NCBI GenBank assembly: GCA_963833985.1
Contig: CAWIAD010000002.1
Span: 3,360,001 to 3,424,000 of the forward strand
Origin: an uncultured Planctomycetaceae bacterium
GTDB lineage: Bacteria; Planctomycetota; Planctomycetia; Isosphaerales; Isosphaeraceae
Length of the DNA stretch: 64,000 nucleotides
Direction of reading: 5' to 3'
Below the pieces are notes generated by a model. That model worked only from the letters and a program-made list of their open reading frames with translations. It made no database searches and was not told the DNA's origin. Positions 53,082 to 64,000 of this stretch are shown here, piece by piece (positions within the stretch are counted from its first letter, which is position 1; the number at the start of each line of letters is the position of its first letter). Made by a program: the position numbers and the translations under genes.

Positions 53082-53864
53082 ATGAGCCTGAACTCGAAGA
53101 TCGAATGGACCGACGCGACCTGGAACCCGATCCGGGGCTGCACCAAGATCAGCCCGGGATGCGCGCACTGCTACGCCGAGACGTTCGCCGAACGCTTCCG
53201 CGGCGTGCCCGGTCATCCCTATGAACAGGGGTTCGATCTCAGGCTCATGCCCGGAAAAGTGCAAGAGCCCCTGCGCTGGCCGAAGCCGCGGATGGTCTTC
53301 GTCAACTCGATGAGCGATCTGTTCCATGAAGAGGTGCAGGACGATTACATCGAACAGGTTTGCCGCGTCATGCGGCAGGCGAACTGGCACACCTTTCAGG
53401 TGCTCACCAAGCGCTCCGAGCGAATGCGCGACCTGCTCCGATCGCGGCTCTCCTTTGCCGCCGATCAGCCGCACATCTGGTTCGGGGTGAGTGTTGAGAA
53501 CCGCAAGCACGGCCTGCCGCGGATCGAGCACCTGAGGACCGCACCGGCGGGGCTGCGGATGCTGTCGGTCGAGCCCTTGCTCGAAGACCTGGGAGAAGTG
53601 GATCTGACAGGCATCGGCTGGGTGATCCTGGGCGGAGAGAGCGGTCCCGGCGCCCGGCCGATGGAGGCTGGCTGGGTACGATCGATCCGCGACCAGTGCG
53701 CCGCGGCGGGCGTGCCTTTCTTCTTCAAGCAATGGGGCGGCGTGCGCAAGAAAGCGTCCGGCCGAGAGCTCGACGGCCGGACGCACGATGAGGTTCCAGT
53801 GCGGATCAACCAGGTGGCGGTCAGAGACTTGCCAGGCGCCGGGCGATCGCCCAGGGCTCACTGA
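53082..53864 (+). CDS. Gp37/Gp68 (DUF5131) family protein
   Basis: IEWTDATWNP, GCTKISPGCAHCYA, NSMSDLFH, GGESG and FFFKQWGG. Confidence 0.9.
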   Translation: MSLNSKIEWTDATWNPIRGCTKISPGCAHCYAETFAERFRGVPGHPYEQGFDLRLMPGKVQEPLRWPKPRMVFVNSMSDLFHEEVQDDYIEQVCRVMRQANWHTFQVLTKRSERMRDLLRSRLSFAADQPHIWFGVSVENRKHGLPRIEHLRTAPAGLRMLSVEPLLEDLGEVDLTGIGWVILGGESGPGARPMEAGWVRSIRDQCAAAGVPFFFKQWGGVRKKASGRELDGRTHDEVPVRINQVAVRDLPGAGRSPRAH

Positions 53865-55609
53865 GCCGCGGGCGGTGCCGGAGCCGGAGCCGGCGTGGGC
53901 GCGGGTTTCAGCGGCTCCACGCTCTGCCAGAACTGCTTGTCCATGCGCAGTACCGGACGCTGAAAGAGCGCGGGGACGTCATCTGCGAAGACGCGCGCGG
54001 TGAGTCGTGACGAAGGCTGGAGAGTCGCGAACGATCGCTTCGTACGCAGGTCCCAGAGCGAGACGGTCCGGTCGTCGGCGATGAGCGCAACCGTGGTGCC
54101 GTCAGCCTCAATCGCCGCACCGATCCAGCGTCGGCCACCGGAAACCTCGGGGTGAAGATGATCCACGGCGGCCAACGACTTGGCGTCCCGGAGCGTGACC
54201 TCGGTCCCTTCCGTGTTCAGGGTGACGAACCGGTAGGAGGGAGGCTGATCCTGTCGAAAGGAGAGCGGTCGGAGCACCTCGCCGGGAAGATCCTTGATGA
54301 GCGCACCGGTCACGCCGTTCCAGAAACGGACCGATCTTTCCGCCGAGGTGACCAGCATCTCGTTATCCGCGAAACCGATCTCCCGTATCGGAGTCGTGTC
54401 GCGCAGGGGCGGACAGACCGGATCCTTCGCTTTCAAACTCCAGAGCTTTGCGGTGCCATCCTGGTAGAGGATGGCCTCGCGAGTGACCGATGTCCCTGCT
54501 TCCCGTTTGTCGCGGTCAGAAAGACAATTGCCGATGATGGCGATGAGATAATTCTCGTACCGCCTGGCGTCATGGGCGAACTCAGGATTGAAGTTCGGAT
54601 TTTTGTCCACGCCCGGAGTCGGCGTTTCATCCGTCCCGGCGGACTTCGCAACCTTTTTTGAGTCTGGAACGCTCTCCTGAAACGGCCTCGCTCCTGGCAT
54701 TCCCGACCCGGCCAAGGCCTTGAAAGACAGGACCGAGACGAGACAGACTGCGGCTGTGGCAAGCCCCGTGCTTGCAACCGATTTCCACCTGTTCATGAGC
54801 ATGCTCCTGGTAAGCTCGCGGCTGAGCCTGCCGGCACCGGCGGCAACGATGCTGCCAGAAGCTTGTGCCGAGAGCTCGAACCCAGCGCGGGCCGTGGATT
54901 CCACCAGAGAGATGGGAACGCAGGTGGAGGATGCGTCGATTGCCAGGGCCGAGGTGAAGGTTGCCGCGGCCGGAGCGATGCCTCGCCGTATGAGACGGCT
55001 CCGCAGTTTCTCCCTGCCCCGGGCAAGCCGGCTGCCGAGCGTGCCGATCGGGCAGCCAAGCTGCCGCGCCGTCTGCTCGCACGATTGCCCTTCCAGGTCG
55101 CACAGCACGATCGCCGCGCGGTAGTGATCCGGCAGCCGATCGAGCTCTTCATGGATGATGGCCAGCAGATCCGGATGCTCCACCGTGCCGCGTGGCTCGG
55201 CCGCCCTGGCTGCAAACTCGTGCAGCACTGCCCGGCGGCGATTGTGCTGGCTCCGTAGGCGGTTCGACGCCCGACAGGCAACGCGGTGTAGCCAGGGGCC
55301 AAGCGATTCGCCCACCCAGAGCGTCTGGCACTTTCGTGCCAGCATCAGGAAGGCGATCTGAAAAGCATCCTGAGCGTCGTGATCGTTTCCCAGCAACCGC
55401 CGGCAGGTCCGGTAGACCATCGGCCCGTGCCGTTCCACGATCGTCCCGAAAGCCGCTTCCGCGTGCACACGCGGGGCGGCCTGGAACCGCTCGATCAACT
55501 GTCGGTCGCTCAGGCCGACCTGGCTGCCAGCCTCGAACAGCACGCGAAGCTCGTGTCCGCTGTTGAACGCCGGTCTTCTGGCCACGGCAATCTCCTCATC
55601 CCGTTCCAT
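53858..55609 (-). CDS. ECF sigma-70 factor with TM helix and C-terminal WD40-like domain
   Basis: ERHGPMV, DAQDAFQ, LCDLEG, SRLARGREKLR, then a TM helix and WD-like repeats. Confidence 0.88.
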   Translation of the reverse strand: MERDEEIAVARRPAFNSGHELRVLFEAGSQVGLSDRQLIERFQAAPRVHAEAAFGTIVERHGPMVYRTCRRLLGNDHDAQDAFQIAFLMLARKCQTLWVGESLGPWLHRVACRASNRLRSQHNRRRAVLHEFAARAAEPRGTVEHPDLLAIIHEELDRLPDHYRAAIVLCDLEGQSCEQTARQLGCPIGTLGSRLARGREKLRSRLIRRGIAPAAATFTSALAIDASSTCVPISLVESTARAGFELSAQASGSIVAAGAGRLSRELTRSMLMNRWKSVASTGLATAAVCLVSVLSFKALAGSGMPGARPFQESVPDSKKVAKSAGTDETPTPGVDKNPNFNPEFAHDARRYENYLIAIIGNCLSDRDKREAGTSVTREAILYQDGTAKLWSLKAKDPVCPPLRDTTPIREIGFADNEMLVTSAERSVRFWNGVTGALIKDLPGEVLRPLSFRQDQPPSYRFVTLNTEGTEVTLRDAKSLAAVDHLHPEVSGGRRWIGAAIEADGTTVALIADDRTVSLWDLRTKRSFATLQPSSRLTARVFADDVPALFQRPVLRMDKQFWQSVEPLKPAPTPAPAPAPPAAQ

Positions 55610-55736
55610 GTTCCCATCGCCACAACCAGAAAGGCGCGGGAGCCGCGGTTTTTTCCATTTTTCTCTCGCTGGCAGCGACGATGGCCATGAAAAGCACGCG
55701 TGCGAATCGGATCTCTGCACGCAAAGCCAATAGCAG

Positions 55737-57424
55737 TCAGGCCTTGACGTCATCCGCCAGGGTGGCCGGCTGCTTCCGGGCCGGTGCTGAGGACGCAATA
55801 TCCGGTCGCCTCATCGCGATGTGATGGCTCATCGAGAGATCCGGGGCCGGATGATCCAGGCGCGAATGGACCCGCGCGACTCCGTGCGCACCGTGGCGGC
55901 CGCGATCATCAGCCGCGCCGTGATGAGCATGTTCTGCATGGTCCAGCCGGAGGGATCGTCGAACACATGCGGCAGGACGTAACGGCACCAGTGGTCCACC
56001 TGAGCGGCCGCCTCCTCCAGCCCCTGCGCATTGCGGGTGATCCCCATGCGCCGCCACATCAGGGCGCGGAGCGAGGTGAGCATGTCGTCCAGGTCGATGC
56101 GCGAGCGGCCTTCCTTGATCGGGGCGGGCGTCCCGGACGTGGAGACCGGCGGCACCTCGAGCTGCCAGGGCCCGGCCTGATCCAGCTCGGCAGCGATGTC
56201 GTGCGCAACGCGGGTACCGTAAACCAGCCCCTCCAGCAGGCTGTTCGACGCCAGCCGGTTCGCCCCGTGAAGCCCGGAGCTCGACACCTCGCCAGCCGCC
56301 CAGAGCCCCGGCAGCGTGGTCCGGCCATTGGCATCGACCGTCATGCCGCCGATCATGTAGTGAGCTCCGGGACAGACCGGGATGGAATCACGCGTGATGT
56401 CCAGATCGAAGCTCTGACAGAGCCGGACGATACCGGGGAAGCGACTGCGAATGTGGTCCGGGTCGAGATGGGAGAGATCGAGGTAAACGTTGGGATGGTG
56501 CGTCCTGGCCATCTGCCGTGCGATCGCCAGCGAGACGTCGTCGCGCGGAGCCAGCTCTGCCAGGGGATGGCATTCAGGCATGAACCGGTGGCCGTCCTTG
56601 TCGCGGAGATAGGCCCCCTCGCCGCGCAGGGCTTCAGTCAGCAGGTGCCGCGCCGAGCCCGCCATGTAGAGCACGGTGGGGTGGAACTGCATGAACTCCA
56701 TGTCGCGCAGCTCCACACCGGCGCGGTAGGCCATGGCATGGCCGTCGCCGGTGGCGATCGGCGGGTTGGTGGTCTCCCGGTAAAGCTGACCCGCGCCTCC
56801 GGTGGCCAGCACCACGGCCCGCGCCCAGACCAGCGCGAAGCCGCGCCGCTTGTCCCAGACCAGCACTCCGCGGCAGCGCCCCTGGTGAGTCAAGAGATCG
56901 ATGGTCGAGCAGTTCTGCCAGATGCGAATCGACCGCCGCGCCCGGGCCTGCTGGATCATGGCCCGCATGATCTCGCGGCCGGTCTCGTCGCCCAGCGCGT
57001 GCGCGATCCGAGCGTGCGAGTGACCTCCCTCCAGCCCGAGCGAGACCTTGCCATTGACCTGGTCGAACCTGGTGCCCCACTCGATGAGCTCGTGGATTCG
57101 TTCGGGCGCTTCCCGCACCACCATCTCGACAACCGCGGGATCACAGAGCCCCTTGCCGGCGGCGAGGGTATCGGCGATGTGGTGGTCGAACCGGTCCTCC
57201 GGGGCCAGGACCCCGGCAATGCCGCCCTGGGCGTAATGGCTGTTGCTCTCGCGGACCTCATCCTTGGTGATGACAAGCGCGCGGTACGCTTCCGGAACCC
57301 CGAGCGCCGCACGCAGGCCCGCAATGCCGCCGCCGACGACCAGGACGTCGGTGAAGTGGTGGGGCAGCTCGCGTGGATCGAAACCCACCAGGTAGCGGCG
57401 CGGCAGTGCGAGAGGAGCTAGCAT
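55737..57424 (-). CDS. nadB: L-aspartate oxidase; frameshift near 55872
   Basis: GGGIAG, YAQGGIA, EGGHS, QFHPT, TEALRGEG, HGANRLASNSLLE and the repaired ESRGVHSR. Confidence 0.94.
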
Positions 57425-57466
57425 GGGCATTCCGGCGAGGCAAGAGAAGGCGGCGATGTCGCCGGC

Positions 57467-60400
57467 TCATTTTCCTCCACCCGGCGCCGCGCTGGGGCGG
57501 GCCGGAGCAGTGCGGTTCGACGAGCCCGTACGGGACCGTGCCAGCGCGCTGCGGAAGCTCTCGAACTTCGACCGCAGCTCCGGAGGAGGCTTGAAGCTGA
57601 TGCCCTCCATGTTGTTCCGCGCGTCGTCGTGGTACGTCTGGCCCCGGTCCTTCTGGTTCTTGGTGGAGAACCGATCCTGGCGGCCGAAGCCGGGCAGATT
57701 GGCCGAGGGCGTGTCGTTGGCTTGCGGATCGCCGGGCTTGACGGTGATCTCGCGCCCGGGGCCCGCGGGCGCGGCCTTGACGCCCTCGTATTTCTTGACG
57801 AACTGCTCCATCTGCTCGCGCGACATCCCGGTCTCCTTCTCCAGGTCGGGCGTCACGGCATCCTTGTCGAGCAGGTCCTTGATGGTCCTGAGAACCATGT
57901 CAGACTGGGGCGTACCTTCCGGGGCAAGATCATCGGGCGGTGCGCCCTCTCGATCGGCAGCGTGGGGCGACGGCTTGCTGTTGTCCTGGGCAGGATCACC
58001 AGTCGAGGCCGGCCCGGACGTGCCACCGCCGCCGATGGGGCTGCCACCCGCGCCGCCTGGCTGCTTGCCCTGACCGGGCTCTCCGGTGGGGGTGCCATCA
58101 CCCGGCTGCGAGCCGCCCGCGGCGCCCGCGGGGCTTCCCGGTGCGCCGGCCTGACCGCCGGCCTGCGACTGCGAGCCGCCACTGCCTCCCTGGGATGGTG
58201 AGCCGCCACCACCACTGCTCTGGCTTCCCTGACTCCCCTTGCCGCCCTGGCTCCCCTTGCCGCCCTGGCTTCCCTTGCCGCCCTGGCTCCCCTTGCCCTC
58301 TCCTCCCTCACTCCCCTCGCTGCCGCTGGAGCCTTCGCCCGGGTTCTTGCCGTGGCTGGCTTCCGTCGATCCTCGTGAGCCGGACTCGCCGGCGCCGGCC
58401 TGGTTGCCACCGGTGCCCTGAGACTGGCTCGAAGCGCCGGACTTCCCGCTCGATCCCGAGCCGGATTGGGAACCGCCCGAACTCTTCGAAGCGGCTCCGC
58501 TCGAATCCTGGGAAGGACTGCTACCTGACCCTTGAGCCGGGCTGCCGCTGGCGGCCTCCGATCCCGATGGAGAGCCGCCGGGGCTCTCCTTGCCGGCCTG
58601 GCCGTCACTCGAGGGCTGCCCCCCCTGGCTCTTGCCAGCGCTGCCGGCGCCTTGCTGGGGCGGCATGCCGCCTTGCTGGCTGGAGCTTTCACCCGGTCTC
58701 GAACCCGCACCGCGGGTTTCGTCACCACGGGAGCCTTGCGGGGCCTGGCTGCCGGCCGGGGCCTGGCTACCGGCCGGGGCCTGGTTCTGCGGGGGGCTCT
58801 GGCTCGACTGCGTTCCGGAGGGCGGCGATCCGGATGTCTCGCGTGCCTGCTGCGGCGGTGCGGTCTCCGGCGGGGCGTTTGAAGGATCGGACATCTCGCG
58901 CTCGGTGGGCTGCTTGGCCGTCTTGCCTGCTTCCTTCGACTTCTCGGCAGGGCTCTTGTATTCATCCTGCCCCTTCTTCGTGGGCTGCCCGGCCGCCGTC
59001 TTGCCTGCTTCCTTCGTCTTCTCCTGCGCGGAGGTTGCATTCTTGGGTGTCGCCGCACCGGGCCGATTCTTCTGGGGCCTGGCCTGACCGGGTGCCTGCT
59101 CCTTTCCAGCACCCGCCTGGGTCCCCGTCTCGGCGTTCTTCGCATCCGGTTTTCCTGTGCCATTTGCAGGCGCGGTCGCTGGCTCGCGGGCCGCCTTCTC
59201 GGAAGGACTTGATCCCGGATTGGACGCGTTCTTCGACCCGGACGCCTCCTGTGCGTTTCGTTCCGACGCGGACTGAGTCTCCCGCCCCTGCATTTCTCGC
59301 CGGCCATCTTCGCGGACTGTTCACCCTTCGGCTCGGTCCCGGCCTGCTTCTTCGGCGTGCCCTCGGCGCCGGCCGGCTGGTCCTGGCTGGATCGCGCGCC
59401 CTTGCCGGCTTCCGGGCTGCGGCGCACTCGCGGATCTTCGGATTGATTGCGCTCATCCGGAGTGATCCGCGGGTCGCTCCCCTGGTTTCGCGGGTCGCCG
59501 GAAGCCGCCCGACCGGGATTCTGGGGCTTCGACGCTCCGCTTTCCGCCGTGGCATTTTGTGGTGAGCGTTGCGAGGCCTCGCCACCGTCGTTCTTCATGC
59601 CGCCGGATGGCGTGCCGGGCCGTCCCTGCTTGGGCTCCCCGCCCGCGGAGGCAGGGTTGCCGGCGGCGTCTCTGGCCGTGGGATTCGCTGGCGGCGTGGC
59701 ACTTTGACCGGGTGTGTTCGGCTGTCCGTCCTGCGATTGCTGGTTGGAATTTGCGCCGCTGCCCTGGTTACCCGTCTTCTCCGTGGGCTGCCCGGCGCCG
59801 GTCTTGCCGGCGGCCTGCGATCCGTTACTCCTGGCGCCAGTCGGCGGCTTGTTGTCAGAGCCGCCTGGCGTGGGCTCCCCGCCGGAGGGGTTCTGCGGGT
59901 TGTTGTTCTGGGGCATCTCCCGGCCGCTCTTCGCTCCCGGCCCCTGGGCGCTCCTGTCGCCGGTCTGGGTCTTGCCGGCTTCCTGTCCCGGGGTCTGTTC
60001 GCCGCCCTTGCCACCGGAGCCCGAGCCCGGCTCGGAGCCGGTGCGTGCCGCCGGCTGCTGTGGCTCGCCGGGACCCTGCGGCTGGGTACCGCTCGCTGTC
60101 TTGCCTGCGCCGCCGGGCTGTTTCTCGGTCCCGGCTCGCTCGGACGGGATGGGAGCCGTACTCCTTTGCGTGTCGCTCTGCGTGCCGCTTCCCGGAGCCC
60201 CCGAGTTCCGCTCTCGCGGGCTGGCGCCGGCGGGATTGGACGACGAGTTTGCTCCGGCCTGCGGCTCGCCCCTGGACTGTGAGCCCGCCCCTTCCTGGCC
60301 TCCCTTGCCCTGGCGGTCCGCCTGCGCAGGGTCGCTGCCGGCCGCCTTCTTGCCTCCCTGGCCATCCGACGAGCCGGTCTTGCCGCCATCCTGGTTCGTC

Positions 60401-63184
60401 CCCTCGGCGGGCGGGTTCTTCGCCGCCTCTCCAGCGGTCGGGCTTTGCGGCTGGCTTGAGTCGGTCCCCTTTCCACTCTCCGAGGACGAGGACGTGGAGC
60501 CATCGCGGGAGCCTGCTGAGCCCGTGCCATCACGCGAGCCAGACCCCGGCTCGCCCTTGGGCCGGGTGCCCGCCGCGTTGTCCTTGCCGGTCCCGGTCGT
60601 CTCCTTCGTGGTGCCGTTGTTCGTCTGGGTCGTCTCCGGGTTTTGCCGATTCTGCGGGTCGGCGGTGTCCGGTGGCGAGGAGGCGTCGGTGCGCTGCGGG
60701 TTCGAGCCCGGCGCCGCGGAGCCGCCTGTGCCGGGGCTGTTTTTGCCCGTCTGCGGCGTGCGCGGAGGGGTTCGGGGCTTGCCTGGACTGCGGGGCGTTT
60801 TCAGGCCTGGTTCCCTGTCCGGTCGCATCGCGCTGGCCTGGAGCAACCGAGTCATTGGCTGCCGGATTGCTCCCCGGCGCAGCCTGGTTCGAGCCGCCTG
60901 GCGTCCCTGAGGTGGGATTCGGACTGCCCTGGTTCAGCCCCGACGTGCCGGTGGCATCGGCGCGCGGCTGGTCGCTGCCCTTCTCGCCGCTCTGCACCGG
61001 GTTGCCTGACGAATCCGTGTTCTGGGTGCCGGAGGGCCGAGGCTGGCTAGCCTCCCTGCTGCCTGCCGGGCCGGCGGGGTTCTGCATGGGGTTCCCCCGG
61101 GAGTTCTGCGACGTCCCGGACGACCCGCTACGGCCCGGGTTGCCCCCTGCATTTTGCGGCCCCGCGCCCGGATTACCTTGCTGCGGCGGATTCCCTGCGC
61201 CGCCGGCCTGCGGCTGTGGCGATGGCGGTGTATTGCCCTTGTTCTGGTTCTGGTTCAGAAGCCCCCGTTTCTGAAGGGCGTCTTTCATCTTGTTGTAGTT
61301 CGGATCAGCGCTGGGGGGCGGGGCACCGGCCGGGTTCTCGCTGCCGGGTTGACCGCCCTCGTTGGGGTTCGCTGTGCCCGGGTCGGCTCCGCCATTGGGC
61401 TGCTGGGAGCCGCGGCCGCCCTGGTCGGGGGTCTGGCGCTGGGTGCCCGCGCCGCCCTGCTGCGCACCCTTGTCGCCTGGCTGGCGTTCGGTGGTGTCGT
61501 TCTGTCCCTGCGCAGCGTCACTCTCGTCCGGCGGGGGGACCTGCTCCTTCGCCTGGTCGGTTTCCGGAGGCGGAGGCTGCTCGAACGGCTGGCGGTCCTT
61601 CGCCTGCTGCTGCTCGATCTGCTTCTTCTCCTCGGGCTTGGCCGGCTCGCCAACCTCGATGGTCTGCGCGGCGGTGGGCACGCTATGGGCGGCCGGCTCG
61701 TGGTTGTCGCGCACCGTCAGCCAGTAGCGGAGGGTCTGGCCGGGCTTGACGTGCAGCTGGGCCAGATCGAGGACCTCGGTGGCGCGGAACTCGGGCGCCG
61801 GGGAGCGGCCTTCGAGCACGTTCTTCGAAACCAGGCTCTCATTCTCCTGGTTCACGTGCAGGGTCGCGTCCTTGACCGCGTGGTCATCCCAGCCGCTCAT
61901 CGTCAGATCGACCTTGACGTTCACCGGGACCTTGATGGCCGGGCGGTCGGGCCGGAGGAACTTGGCCTGGGGAGGACGGTCGGCGATGGCCAGGATGTCG
62001 TAGACCACCGGGTTGGGGTTGAGCTGCCCGCCGGTCGTGCGGAAACTGATGGTGTACGTGCCCGACTTGCTCACCTTGAACTGGCCTGTCAGCTTGTACG
62101 GGTCGTCGGCCGCGACGGTCATGGGCGCCGGGTCGCCCATGGTGAGGTTCAGCGTGCCCCCCCGCGACGGCTCGTTGGTCGTGGCATGGACCGTGACCGT
62201 CGTGTCCTCGATGGCCTCCACGCTGCCGCCGTCAATGTCGCGGCGCGGGGGAACCTGGGTATAGGATGGAAAGTCATAGTCGATCTTGACGGACGTCACC
62301 ATCGGCGCCGGCAGGACGGTGAGCGTGTAGTGGAGCGACTCGGCGTCGCCGCCGGTCACAAAGTAATCCATCGTCTGCTGCACGTTATTGAAGGTTAGCT
62401 GCCACGGGTCGTAGTAGTTCGGCCCAGGCTCGAAGTCCTTGATGGCATAGAATTTACCGCCGTCCACACTGAAGTGCAGCTTGACCGCTTCGGGGCGGAT
62501 GCCGCTCGTGGTGTCCACCGAGAAGACCACCTGCTTGCCCGCGACCACCTCGTCATTGCCGGGCTTGATGTCGGCCAGCCGCGTGTTCGTGGGACGGACC
62601 ACGTCGGCCAGGAAGGCGCGCTTGGTGGAATCGAGAATGCTCTTGGGCTGGATCGCGGCGTAGAGGATGAAGACCACGGCCACGCCGCAGAACGCGTAGA
62701 TGGTCTTCATCAAATACTGCTGGTTCACCGCCTGATCGACCTCGACGTGCGCCAGGTCGCTGACGGCGCGTGCTTCCAGCGTGGCCAGCACGGCCTTGGG
62801 GAGCCGGTCGCGATGACTGCGCAGCGTGAGGTAGTTGACCAGGCTATTCTTGAACGTGGCGTCCACGCCCTCGATGGTCTTGGCGGCGTAGACGGCGTTG
62901 ATCCGCAGCACCAGGGGGAGCACCAGCCGCAGCAGGGTATAGGAGAACGCCGTGGTCAGACCGACGACCAGCACGCCGCGGCGGACAGCCAGAGGCAGGC
63001 CGAAGGCGTGATCGAGGACGATCTCCAGAAGCAGGGTGCCCACGAAGCCGATGAGCAGGATGAACGCGGCCGTGGCGAGATCGGTCATCTTGATCCGCGC
63101 ACGCGTGCGGGCAAGCTGGTGGTCAATGAACTGTTCGTAATCCAGGAGCTTGCCGTAGGGTTGGGTTTGCGTGCCCAGGCTCAT
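57467..63184 (-). CDS. Very large (about 1900 aa) DUF4175-like membrane protein with long disordered linker; frameshifts near 60735 and 59295
   Basis: Three TM helices, Ig-like region (YDFPSYT, DRPP, DDHAV), a Gly/Ser/Gln/Pro tract and a helical C-terminus (PPPELRSKFESF). Confidence 0.78.
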
Positions 63185-63297
63185 GTCCGCGTGCTCCCTG
63201 AAGATGTGTGCCGGGGTGCCGACTGTCTCGCATTATACGTTTTTCCACGCGGAAAAGCACGTCTGTGTAACGAATCTCTTCGGCTTCCGGCTTCCGC

Positions 63298-64000
63298 TCA
63301 GGACCAGACCACGTTGCGGTCGCCCGCGACCACCGTGCCGATGGTCCAGGCGGGGACCTGAGCCTGGTGCCGCAGATGGCGCACGATCGAGTCCGCATAA
63401 TACTCGGCCACGATCATCACCAGGCCGATGCCCATGTTGAAGACGCGGTACATCTCGGCGTCCGGCACCGTGCCCAAAGTCTGGAGCCACGGAAAGACCG
63501 GCGGCACGGTCCAGGACCCGCGCTCCAGGCAGATGGCGCAGCCCTCGGGCAGGACGCGCGGGGGATTGTCGATGAGCCCGCCCCCGGTGATGTGCGCGAT
63601 TGCGTGGACGATCCGCTTCACCCGGTAATTGCGGCGCACCAGCTTCATGGCGCGGGTGTAGATGCGCGTCGGCTCCAGAAACTCGTCGGCGACCGTGCGG
63701 CCGAGCCGCTCGACATGGGTCGAGGCCGTCAGGCCGGCGTGGTCGAAGACGATCTTCCGCGCCAGGCTGTAGCCGTTGGAGTGCAGGCCGGAGCTGCCCA
63801 GCCCGATCACGCGGTCGCCCACGCGGACGTCCCTGCCGTCCAGGATCTGCTTCCGCTCCACCACGCCCAGGCAGAAGCCGGCCAGGTCGTACTCCCCCGG
63901 CTGGTAGAACTCCGGGAGGATGGCGGTCTCGCCGCCGAGGAGGGCGCATTCCGCCTCGATGCACCCGTCGCTGATGCCGCCGACGACCTGCGCGGTCAGC
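63298..64000 (-). CDS. purM: AIR synthetase (5' end beyond the window)
   Basis: GGETA, SSGLHSNGYSL, HITGGG and FNMGIG. Confidence 0.96.
   Translation of the reverse strand, partial: LTAQVVGGISDGCIEAECALLGGETAILPEFYQPGEYDLAGFCLGVVERKQILDGRDVRVGDRVIGLGSSGLHSNGYSLARKIVFDHAGLTASTHVERLGRTVADEFLEPTRIYTRAMKLVRRNYRVKRIVHAIAHITGGGLIDNPPRVLPEGCAICLERGSWTVPPVFPWLQTLGTVPDAEMYRVFNMGIGLVMIVAEYYADSIVRHLRHQAQVPAWTIGTVVAGDRNVVWS

Noticed and set aside
53082..53864. Prophage
   Set aside because: A single phage-named family gene with no structural, integrase or replication genes.
53858..55609. ECF sigma-WD40 fusion as a novelty
   Set aside because: C-terminally extended ECF factors are already well described in Planctomycetes.

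Overview
High-GC planctomycete DNA, judged Isosphaeraceae-like from the Planctomycete-type 'RRLQVESLEGRALL' leader, the PEP-CTERM, DUF11 and Uma2 proteins, and the extended ECF sigma factor. The backbone is housekeeping: folE, an FAD/Fe-S oxidoreductase, bamA, an MFS transporter, an argA-like GNAT, korAB, miaA, truB, hflX, nadB and purM. About 17 single-base frameshifts break otherwise intact genes, including essential bamA, so they are probably long-read consensus errors; I rejoined those CDSs by eye. The main candidates for new biology are four. (1) A tightly spaced minus-strand cluster at 14.5-24.5 kb: aryl sulfotransferase, two alkaline-phosphatase-superfamily paralogues with apparently opposite topology, a tiny protein carrying a stand-alone LRGLGY tail, a possible DUF106/EMC3-like (Oxa1 superfamily) membrane protein and a GT-C glycosyltransferase. 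(2) A tandem Uma2 nuclease duplication whose copies are about 98% identical except one precisely bounded 31-codon block. (3) A DAC-fold protein with an altered RHR motif. (4) An accessory stretch at 33.7-38.8 kb with an IS1634-family element, a REP doublet, a PIN toxin-antitoxin pair and gene remnants. No tRNA, rRNA or CRISPR array was seen. All family assignments come from motif recognition, not database searches.
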